Of a stretch of 35,701 nucleotides of DNA, positions 10,519-21,600 are shown in pieces. The notes under the pieces were generated by a model. The model did no database searches. It saw only the letters and a program-made list of their open reading frames with translations, and was not told the DNA's origin. Where the stretch lies: positions 62,001 to 97,701 of the forward strand of contig KZ538219.1 of NCBI GenBank assembly GCA_000934665.2, given 5' to 3'. The position numbers and the translations under genes were made by a program. The stretch's first letter is position 1. Each line of letters begins with the position of its first letter. This DNA is from Catajapyx aquilonaris. Its lineage: Eukaryota.

Positions 10519-11229
10519 CCGGTCACGGCCAGCACCACCAGCACCAAGTGTCGTGCCTGGCAGTTGTCACGAGCCTCCACCTCGCCGCCCATATCACGCG
10601 CACCGACCCCGCACCCCTCCACCGTCTCCTCCTCCTCCTCCTCCGCACTTGCTTCCCCCGACTCCCTTTCCCCGGTCGGCAGGGCACCTCTGCCTTGTGG
10701 TACTGTACCGCAACCCGGTCTACGCAACCCAGTCGCACATAAGCAGGACGATCAGCTGCACGACTGTCCCTCGTCCGCTGTTCCTCTTCCTCCTAGTGCT
10801 CCACCCTCAGCTTGTCCATTCCTCAGGAGTGCCATACGAACAGTCAGCTACCGCCTTCTGGTTCTGCCGCTCACCGTAGGAGGCACTTAGAGTAGCCATC
10901 TGCCGGGTGGAAGCAAAACCGACTTGGAAATGACACCACGAGGCGCCACCTCCAACCTGCTGCAAGATAATGAAGATTAAACATTTACAATGTTGTTGCG
11001 ATAAAAGGGGACGAAACGGCCCTCGGAAGATAACGAAGATTATGACCCGTGGTTTGGGTGTCTGCAACAACAGGGGGTGGGAGGGGGAGTGGTGGGGGAG
11101 GGAAAGACAAACGCAAACATGGCCGACACTTAAGGAGGATTCCCTTCGTTGCACTCTTCGCGGCAGTATTTTTTAGCTTTAGTTTTCCCGACGTATTATT
11201 TCCCTTCAGTATAGTTCGCGTTTGGTCTC
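10519..11229. promoter_or_regulatory. Shared divergent promoter / 5' UTR region of WASHC4 and AK3
   Basis: About 0.7 kb of GC- and CpG-rich sequence between two outward-facing start codons. TSS positions cannot be determined from sequence alone. Confidence 0.65.
11073..11102 (+). other. Potential G-quadruplex
   Basis: GGGGG-T-GGG-A-GGGGG-AGTGGT-GGGGG-A-GGG: five G-tracts of at least 3 with short loops. Confidence 0.5.
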
Positions 11230-12252
11230 ATGGCCTCGCGGGTATTTCGCGCCCTGATTATGGGCGCCCCTGGTTCAGGGAAGGGCACTGTGTCCGCCCT
11301 CATCGCCAAGGACTTCGGCCTGGTCCACGTCGCCAGCGGAGACATCCTCAGGAGTCACGTCAGGAGGAACACTGGTACTCCAGTACGACAGTGGAAGATA
11401 GGCTGTACATTCACACTATAATGTTTCCAGAGCTTGGCCAGGAGGTTAAGAAATACCTGGACCAGGGAGAGCTGGTTCCAGATGCAACGATGCTGAGCTT
11501 GATGGACCACGAGCTGAGCAGAGTCAATGGAGGATGGCTTCTGGATGGTAAGGGTTGCAGGTCCAACCAGCAATTGCATGGCCGAGTCACTGTCTTCTGC
11601 CCCATATGTGTGTGGTAGTCAGTGTGTTAACACGTAGATTATTGCTGTGCAGGTTTCCCAAGGAATGTAAAACAGGCAGAGGCACTTCACTTGATCCAGC
11701 CTGTTGGTGTGGCCATTAACCTGGACGTCCCGTTTGACACAATCATAGAGAGGATCAAAGGCCGCTGGGTCCACTTGCCCAGTGGTCGTGTTTACAATAC
11801 CGACTTCAACCCTCCTAAAGTACCTGTACGCACCAGCTTCTTAACTAGTAGTATGTGTGCATGTCGAGACCATTTGCTACCTGAAAATTATGGCTATTTC
11901 TATTAGTTGTAATTCCTACAGAAGAGCACAGTTGCGCATATGCATTTTCATGAGGATTTTGCCGAACGTAGCAAAGACACCAATCACACGTTATTTTGAG
12001 AAAAACTAAGACACCTTCGTATTTTAGGGGAAGGATGACCAGACAGGTGAAGCCCTGATCCAACGCGAGGATGACAAGCCAGAAGTGGTACTCCGCCGCC
12101 TGGAGACCTACTCCAAAATGATGAGCCCGCTGTTGGATTTCTACCGGGAAAAGAATATCCTTCAAGAGTTCCATGGGACTGAAACAAAGGTCATATGGCC
12201 CAAGGTCCGCAAGTTCCTGGTCACAGAGATTCCCCTCCGAAACAGGATTTGA
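11230..12252 (+). CDS. AK3: GTP:AMP phosphotransferase, mitochondrial (adenylate kinase 3), complete, 4 exons, 219 aa
   Basis: Exons 11230-11374, 11431-11547, 11653-11825 and 12028-12252 total 660 nt, GT-AG with consistent phases. Motifs: P-loop [20 protein letters not shown] region [37 protein letters not shown], and C-terminal [13 protein letters not shown], typical of AK3/AK4. Confidence 0.95.
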
Positions 12253-12612
12253 CATCTTGGGATCTGATGATTCCTTTCTATCTAATCTGGCCATTTTGTA
12301 TTAATGCTGTGCAATAGTTAATCACGTGTATTGCAGTGCTTAAGCAACAGGGATTAGTACTTGAGTGCCTTTTGGTACTACAATAGAGTAACCAATCTGT
12401 ATTACCATGTATATGCACAATTTTGAAAAGTATTTTTATAGTATTTTGACAGGAATGTTTTTCGTTGTTGTTTCTCCAGATGATTGTTGGCTACTTTGAC
12501 TTAGGGGTATTTGGAATTGCGAGAACTTTTATAAGCACAAGTGTGTACACAAACAAGGTAATTTTCGAGAGATGTGATATCACAGGTATTAAACGTTATC
12601 AGGCACAAGTGC

Positions 12613-12618
12613 AATAAA
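12613..12618 (+). terminator. Candidate polyadenylation signal for AK3 (a second AATAAA lies at 13122-13127)
   Basis: First AATAAA I found downstream of the AK3 stop, about 360 nt after it. Confidence 0.5.
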
Positions 12619-12814
12619 CGGTTGGAACATGTGAACGGCATTCTCATTCTTTGGAAAACATACCAACATCAGTACTGTCATCTGTGATCAGCCTTTCTCT
12701 GTAGTCCTATTGCTCCATCAGTAACACTCTTGGACCCCAAAAGTAAAGGTGGGTTCACAAGTTCGTGACAACTGGTAGTTGCAGGACAATTTCTGAGCCG
12801 CAAGGAAATATTAT

Positions 12815-12820
12815 TTTATT
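12815..12820 (-). terminator. Candidate polyadenylation signal for p190 RhoGAP
   Basis: TTTATT on the plus strand is AATAAA on the minus strand. It lies about 2.8 kb downstream of the p190 stop, after a long A/T-run-rich, UTR-like stretch. Confidence 0.35.
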
Positions 12821-15615
12821 GCTGACCGAGTATGTTCTCACCACATTGAAAGATCAAAATGTGCAAACAACGACCAGTTCTCACGATCATGCAAATGTAC
12901 TTTAATGGGTATTTCAAACAACTCCATGCTCAAAAGTTTTTTCATATATTTCATCGATTTCTGTACACAGATCAACTTCTGTACATCCTGTACCAAGAAG
13001 TCTTTTTTTTTTCTTTTTTTTTTGTACAGTCCTTGTGACTACTGAGTTATCTCTAGGCCTGGAATGCCAGACAGAGCATGGGGATTTCAGCCACACTCCT
13101 CCTGGATCCCGCGACCTGACGAATAAAATTATACTTTAAAAAATCACAGGCTGTATAAGAAAACGCTTATCACCGACTCATTATCCTTCCTCTCATGACT
13201 CGGTCCCGCCCTGGAGCTTTGAATCCCATCTTCTTGAATCTTTTGTCAAATCCTTTTTAAAGCAAGACTAAGAAGAGGAATACAAAAAACCTTCGCAAAA
13301 CGGGGTTGTGATGCTCAAAAAGGGGATTGGGGGTGGAGGGGATCATGATTAGGAAAAAAGAATTTTTTAAATTACAACACATCCACCACATTGATCACTG
13401 GACTTGCTGCGGGAAACAAAGCCCAGCAGTTTTGCACTCACTAAAATCATGGTTTGAATGAAAAAATGGCACTGGTAGGCCAGCCTACGCAAGAATGTCC
13501 TCACGATGACATGTTTTCTTAGCAGTTACGCACTTGCCTATTTTTTTCACTTTTTTTCATTATGGGAAAGCACATTTGGGCAAGTGATAAGGTTTGGAAA
13601 AGGTCTGCAAATTTTCTCCTTCACTATGTAGAAGTAAGGGTTTTTTTTTCATTTTTTTTTTTTCTTCTTTTCCAAGATACACACAGGTTTACAGTACCGA
13701 TATGCAACCTGGACATACAAAAGCAGTATCTCTTCTCTCTTTTTTTCTCTTTTCTGTTTTTTTAACATGGGTACATTGATTTGAAACCGACAGCTAGGTA
13801 TGAAAGACTGGTCATCTTTTTCTTTGCCTTTTTTTTTTCTTTTTTTATGCATGTCAAACAGCAAGAAACATTACAACAAGATTTTCCTCCTAGAATTCCA
13901 ATGAATCTTCTATTACAATAAACTGTACACCTTATGTATTACGGACAGTCTCATAACATTGTTCTCACAACACAACAAATGTCCACCACTTTGAAAATGA
14001 AATCGAGAAAAATTAACATATGCATGGAAAAATTTGGGCTCAAGGATGGGCAAAATAAACAGGCAAGCAGCAGTACCTACCCCTTTTAAAACTGGGGAGT
14101 CATACCATGAGCCACTGACTACCCATATGCACACGTCTTGCTGTAAAACTGGAGAAATTTGAGGGAGGGATGGATGAGGCTACAAAAGTGTGCACAAATA
14201 AAAAATTTCCCCCAACGTTTCCTCCCATCCGGAATCGCTGGGGGAACGCTTGAGACACGCTAATCTACCCATACAAATATTGTCGACGTTGCTTTGAAGT
14301 AGGTGGTGGTCAGAGGGAAGGGGGGGTGGTGGTGGATAAATCAGGGTGCTTTAAAAACCTTCCCCTTCTAGGAATGTTAATGGTCGATGGTAACTTGCAC
14401 TACAAGAAGTAGGAGTTCTATGCTTGGACACAGGATACAGTTCAAAAAAAAAAAAAAACTTCCACTAAGGACAACATAGTGAGGCACCTCCAAATTGAAT
14501 TATTCTTTCCCTTTTCGTATTCATGAAAGGCCCATTGTGTTAGCAGACACTAGATTGGCAGGCTACAAACTGCTGCATTGAGGCGAATGAGATTGCATAG
14601 TGCATGCTAACTGGCTTTTAAAATTTTCATTAAAAAAGTAATAACCACCTGTGAAATGCCACTTACGGCATATGAAAAATTGAGGGCTCAGACACAACCT
14701 TAGCTTGGTCAGGTGCTGGTTTTAAAAAATCGTTCCACCTGCTACGGTAGGCGTGACATGTGTGCGTATTTGGCAAACATTTGGGCTTAAAAGAAAAACT
14801 AGTGTAAAAAAAAAACATATCCCAGCCTTAACTTTCCTTGCCTATGGTTTTTACCCTTATAAGCAGTTTGTAACAAACCGACAGTCAAATCTCCAAACCT
14901 TACCACTGAAACATACAAAGAGGGTGGGTAAAACTGACTGCCAAGTTTGGATTATGTGTAGCAGTGGTATTGAGTCATTCATTACATTCTTGGCACTTTG
15001 ATACAACTAATTGTCTTTTTTACTGGCGCACTAGCCAAAAACAAAATAAAAATAAACAATAATTACAATGACGCTTGAAAGTATGCCTTTCCCGCCTGAA
15101 TAAATTCAACCACGACACGGAATGCAAAGTGGAAATATGGGGGCCGCCTCAAAAGAAGAGTGAACGGAGTGTCTTTTTTTTTGTGGGGTGGGCATCGTAC
15201 TCTACACATGGAATGATATCTGAGTTGTGATAAGCCGTCAAAATAATAAAATGAAAATTTTAACTTGCCCACACACTGACTTTCTTAGGTTTCACACACT
15301 CCCAGCATTGCAGACTTCAGATGGGGATAAGGTGGGGGTAAGTGGGGAGGAAAGGAAATAAATACGACACCTATTTGAGAGTCCCGAGGTTCAGATCTCG
15401 ATGTAAACTCGCCACCTTTTATGGAAGCAGAGAAAGATATCCAAGAGGAAAAAACAAAATATATTCCCTTTGCCTCTTGCTTCCTTCCCCATTTTTTGTT
15501 TAAGCACTTGCACACTCACACTCATACACATATGGCCTCACACACATTGCTCGACACAAATAACCCTCCTCATATATATTTTTCGAAAAAGGAATGGGCA
15601 AACGACCAGGTCTTA

Positions 15616-18600
15616 TCACACCATGACTACCTCCTCCTTTCCACAGAAGAGAAATGGGTACTGGTCGATCATGGTCTGCACAATGTCTTCAAGGTGAGGC
15701 CGCATTTGTTCGAACCTCCCCATGTCGCTGAACTCAAATGGAAGCAACGTCGGCCACCAGCAGATGGCTAAGTTCTTTGAGTCCATGCTGTTCAGCTTGC
15801 AGTTCTCCGAGACCCTGAAGGAACACAACACAACTTCAACCCTTCATCCTTCTTGCCCCCTTCCTGTAGAACTGCATTGTTACTCCAGTACAACAGAAGC
15901 AAGTTCCCCCTGTTCCTAAGCACATTAAAATTGAACCAAATAATGGTGTATGATCCTCATTACCTCAATTGTCACTGGGAATGCTACTAAAACTACCAAA
16001 TCAAGTTTACAGCACCAAATTCCCAAAAATCAGTTGGCCACTGTTCTCCTACACAGGGTGTTACTTACTTGACGAAGTGCTGGAAGACAAACTTCAGCAC
16101 CTCAAAGTTGACTGGAGGTAGCTTCTTCAGCAGTCCCTGCAAGGCCAGCAGTCGGCAGCTCCTGTCTGTTTTCACTGCAATGGATGTAGCCTTTGCACCC
16201 GGAAGGAGACAGAGGGAAAAAGGGGGAGGGGCACCTCCCTCCTCCACCCCCTGCCAGCACATCGCCATCCAGTTACCTGATATGTCTTCCAGTTCCTGCA
16301 TAATCTCCGGAGTCAGGACGGGCGGTAACCTCTTTGAGAAGAAGTCCTTCAGCGCAGTCGCCACTGCATTTACAGGGATGTCCAGCTCATGGATGTTGAA
16401 GTTTGGTTCTGTTGGATACGGAGTTAGTTTTTCAGCATCACAACTTCCTGGCCTGTATTTCTCATCACATGAAATGGCCATGCACTGCAGAACCAAAGTG
16501 ATATGCTTAAAATGTGAGGGCAGACTAACCTTCTTCGAACTTCTGGAAGAGCAGATCAACATGTGCCCTATTCCCAGGAACCCGATAGATCCCTTCTGAA
16601 TCAAGGCCTTCTTCCTCCACAAACTTCACACACTTCTCAAGGAAGAGGGGAACAGCATTGTCCTCTGACTGGACAAACTCCTCCAAGGTAGGCTGCTGAG
16701 CCAAGGAACCCACTTTCACCTTCTGCTTTGACTGCTTCTTCTTTTCACGCTCCTTCTCCTTTTCTGCCAGCTTCTTCTGTTTTTCCTCCTCCTTTTGACG
16801 CCTCTTTTCCTGCTTCTCGTCTTCTTTCTTCTGCTTATCCTTGCGGCGAGCTGTCTTGTCCCCTTCCTTCATCTTTGGCAGCATTCCAAACTGTTTGCAA
16901 TAAGAGCGTGTGAGAAATTGTGACCAGACCTTGGATCTATAAATCAGGCAGCAGCTTATGTGCACCTATTTATAACAGTTTATTAAAATGTTAATTTCGA
17001 AATTATGAAATTAATATATTTGGAACACAGGACATTTGAACTTGGAATACTTGAACAAATACACCCCTTCTTCCCAGCTATAAATCACCTTATACAAATG
17101 TCAGCAATAAAAGAAGGTATATATTTATGCTTAGGCTGGCCTCATGAGAAACAAGTCATTACGATCACAAACAATGCCAATGACCTGACAATACTGATGT
17201 AAAAAATGTTGACTAGAGCAGCGGCCAAGAGGTAGCTTGAAGTTGCTGCTCCTCATTTATTTCTGTGCTCCTTGTGCGACTGATAGTACTTCACTAATTG
17301 CTACAAAGCACACCAGATTGCTCTTCTACATATTGAGATGTTTTAACCATAAGGCAATGACCAAGAATTGACTTCTTGCAAAATATTTAATTTAAAAAAA
17401 AATCTACACATATTAGAATCATTATTTTCTGTCCTTATAACCATGTAGCTTTCAAATAGCGCAGTAAGTAAAAATATCCAGAAACATTTTCACCCCATCC
17501 AATTGGTGGAGTATTGCTGAAGCTTGAAGCAGATATGACTGTAACATACTATTACCATGGGAGAACTTACATCCCGTGGTGATGACACGTCCACACTGGA
17601 TTCATCATCGTGTACAGCTCCGTATGTAGGGTCCATTTTAAGCTTGGCTGAAATCAGCATTATTGTTAATGTCAATAATTTCACCTCTAGCACCATTATG
17701 TCACAAAATTATTACAACATTGCAGTTCCACATGCTTGGAAATGAAAAAAACCTGGCTTTTATTACCTACCATGTAGTAGGGGAAAGAAAAAGGCACACA
17801 CAAAATGAAAAACCCTCATGCATTTGGTTTCAGGATGGCTACCACAACTTTGTGAAGGGAGGATTCACACTGTTATGTCCCATGCAAACATAAAATATAA
17901 TTATGTATACTTGATAAATCTCATACATGCTGCAATAAACACCGAAGGTTGTAGAGGTAGGGGCTGTGCCTTTCTGGCTATTTGCGGCATGATGCCACAA
18001 CATTATCAAATGGGCCTAAGGTAACAACGCAGAAGCACCATGTCCCTTAGTTGGAACCAAAATTATAGGACTACTGGTCACTTGCACTGATTTGCCAAAC
18101 AGGCAAGGAAAAACAGGAGAGGACAAAAAATATATATATATATGTATCATCTCATTTACACTCATCACCTCATCCTTTCATGGGGGAACAGAAAAGCACA
18201 GCCAAATATTGCAATCAGGGATTGCGCCCAGCCACCGGGGAAAGAAATAACTCTATTGACTTGCACCACTACTGCAGTCAAGGGCTATGTAAGTGACAAG
18301 ACCACAGAAAACACTTCCAGGTTTCCACGCAACCAACTGATCCACATTTCGAAAAGTTTGAGAGGAGTTCTGCATATTCACATCCCAACATTGAAGTGAT
18401 TCATTATTAAAATAATAATACAAAAACACCTGTATGATACTCTCCAAACTGGGTCTAGAAAGTGGATGGGAGACCACAATTTTTTATTCATTGTGACAAG
18501 TTCACACACTGAAAACTAATGCCATAAGGAATTGTAATTGCACTAGAGCTTACCATAATTGTAACTTGTGCCTTTAGCTCCAACTGTAACCCTCTGAATG

Positions 18601-21600
18601 TGCTTTAAGAATTCAGATTCACTTATTTCTTTTCCATTATAGGCCCTCCCAATCCTGCCCCACCCCCTAAAGAGAAACATCTGAACTTATTTGTGCCAGG
18701 GTAGTCCACTACTTGCAACCTGCTTGCCAAAACTTGAGATATATGCCAGAACTGGATTCTGTCTGATAAACTTGCCTCGACTACTAGTCCAAATGAATAA
18801 CTTCTTTATATGAGTAAACCTGCAACACTTGGAGCCAATCAGAGCTCATTATGGAATCCTGACAACAATTTCTGACATTCTAAATGTTACGAGTACCAAA
18901 GTGACATAGTTAAAAAATCGTCCTTCATGACCTTCCTCAGTCAAAGTACATAGAGAAATACAGTGAGCATGCATTTAAGACCAACTGCACAGCCTATCTC
19001 CATCACTAATATGGGTACAATCCAATGGTGCAGCAGGAAGAGAGCTTTGATTCATGTGTAGAAACAGAAGGACAGGAGACAGAGAGAGGCACTTTTGCCA
19101 CTTATTCACACACATACACTTCTATTACCACACCCACACTTACATGACGGTGAGAACAAGTCACTGTCAGACGCAAGTTGAGGGGCGTACTGGAAAGGTG
19201 TCGCGTGTTGGCCCTGAGTGGGGGTGGCCCCTGGGGTGCCTGCAGAGGCCCTGGGCGTACCCGCATTGGTGGGTGTCCCTGCCCCCTTCATACCGGCAGG
19301 GTCACCTCCCGCACTGGCCCCACTTGAGGATGAGCCCAGCTTCTTTTTTAGGCGGAAAGATCGCTTCTGGGACATGTACCGCTGCCGGTTGGAGCTCGAC
19401 TCATCAAAGTCAGAGCCATCCGTCACTTCTGAGCCACTGTCTATCACCCCTGCAAGGCACCACCCAACTCTCCCAAATCACTGTTGCTACCAGTGCCTGC
19501 CACCAGCTAAAAGTGCTCTTTCTTTTGCCTTGCTCTTTTCTTGCCACCTATATGCTCTAATGCTGTGCAGCACAGTGCACGTGCCAAGTTCCCTACTGAA
19601 CCATCAGCCAAACAATGTGTGATACCCTATAGTTCAGGCATCACCACAGACTTGTGGAGACCTTCTGTTGCATTAAAATAAAAAATCTGCGATAAAACTA
19701 TCACAACTCTCAATTGTAGGTCACATTTTCATCAATTAAACTTTAGCAGATTTTCCCTGCATCATGGTAGTACTCATGTGATCCTCTAAGCCCACATCAG
19801 ACACAAGAACCAAAGGAGCATTCCCTATCTCACACTCCTGTCTCAACTCCTCAAAGCAATGGTGTCGTCAGAATCTGTGTTCCATTACAGCAGAGTTGAT
19901 AATAAACTAAGTTCCATAAATCACAATATACTGGGAAATTCTTTCATAGCGTTATATTCTAGGCAGATAGCTTTCATATTCCTTATGAACTTGACGTGTC
20001 ATTTTTTGGGTCAACAATGTGATTCAACTCGGATGCTTAAGCATCGTGGTGGAGAAGAATGTGCTGAAATCCCTTCTGCCCATCATTTCAAAATGTGAAC
20101 TTACGATCCAGTGATACCACACTGAACCAGGATGGCATGGACAGGCCTACATGATGGTAAGCACATGCACCTGCTAGATTTTAGTTGTCAGCATTTCAAG
20201 TCTAAAATATGCCTTTACCGAAACAAAATCATCCCACAAGTCTTCTGGTGATGCCTCTTATAACATCATAAGAACCAAACAGACAGAAGCATGTTCATGC
20301 AAAAGGGGACTAACTATTACACACCATGCCATCCCTGCTGACTTCCTGTCAGGAAGCCGAGTTCTGAGGAAGAACATGCAGTTAGTACACCAACCCCCTA
20401 CGAAGCACACACCACACGCACACAAACACATGGAAAATCAGTGCTGGACTACCAGGTGTTACAACGACCCAAAGGAGCCGCTGTCCAGCTACAGTGTGAG
20501 TGGAATAGGAACACAGTGCTTTGGCCTTGCGTCAGGTACCTTTGTTGGCGTTGGCTGCATTCGAGTTGGAGTTTGCCTCGTTGGCGGATGGCGGGGTGGG
20601 TGTGGGCCTGGATAACGGGGCAGGGGGGTGCTCCTCCCCATATCGGTATGTGAACATCCCGCTGCCATCCAGAGCAGCGAAGGGCTGGTGGGGGGGCACG
20701 CGAGGGGTAGCCACAGGGATGGGGGTGCGCTTCTTGCGGGTCCGCTTGTGGGGGGTGGGCTTGCGGTTCACTTTAGAGTAGAGATCAGCTGTCCGCTGGC
20801 GGCGCTCCAGGGAACTCCAGTCGCTGTCCGAGTCAGAGTAGGCTGCGGGGAAGGAGGCTCGCTCGTCACTTGCCTGCTGCTGGGAAGGAGGGGGCGCCAC
20901 CGAGGGGCGCTTGTCCTCCCGCCGGCGGTCATGGTGATGGTGGTGATGGTGGTGGTGGTGGTGGTGCTCCGACGAATCTCGCCTCATCAACCCATCAATG
21001 ACTCGGGGCTCCGTAGGGCCGTTTCCGCGAGGGGTAACTGAGAGGGGCCACGGGGGGGTTGGGGGTGAAGCTAAGTCAGGCCCTTTTGCAACGTAACCCC
21101 AGTTTTTCATCATCGGATCCAAAAGATGGTCATTCATCATGTCCTTCCCAAATGCTTGTTGATTACAGTTTTATACAGGGCAGTAAAGAATCAGCATAGC
21201 AACTGTTTTAAATGTGCAAATAACAAAGGACTCTTATCACAGCAGTTGTTATGCCATTCCTGAACTACCCCATACACAAAACATTACTGAATATGTATGT
21301 TGAAAAAAATTGCACAAATAAGCTTTCTTCATAATTACAGCAGACTGTAATCGGACTGTACTGGCTAGGGTGACAACACTACGCCACACTCTAAGTGCAT
21401 GAAACAAATCCACAAAGCTAAACAAGATGGTAAGTTGTGAGTGAAAACAAGGATGGGACGGCTTGCTTGCTTTTGTGCAACAATATGGTGTATTATAATT
21501 GTTATTTTAATTGGGTGCGCATTATATAAAAATTCACTGTCACTTCAATTTAAATCAAATATTACTTTTGAATTTCAACATATTGCACCTTAGGGGCAGG

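Noticed and set aside
10164..10890. Plus-strand ORFs of 148-192 aa
   Set aside because: Antisense to the WASHC4 first exons and the GC-rich promoter. Low-complexity translations are open in all three frames.
11049..11618. 189-aa plus-strand ORF spanning the AK3 5' end
   Set aside because: A chimeric read-through that is in the AK3 frame only for exon 2. The spliced model explains the homology.
12250..12267. AK3 stop in the leaky UGA-C context
   Set aside because: Readthrough would add only X-H-L-G-I before the next TGA, with no targeting signal.
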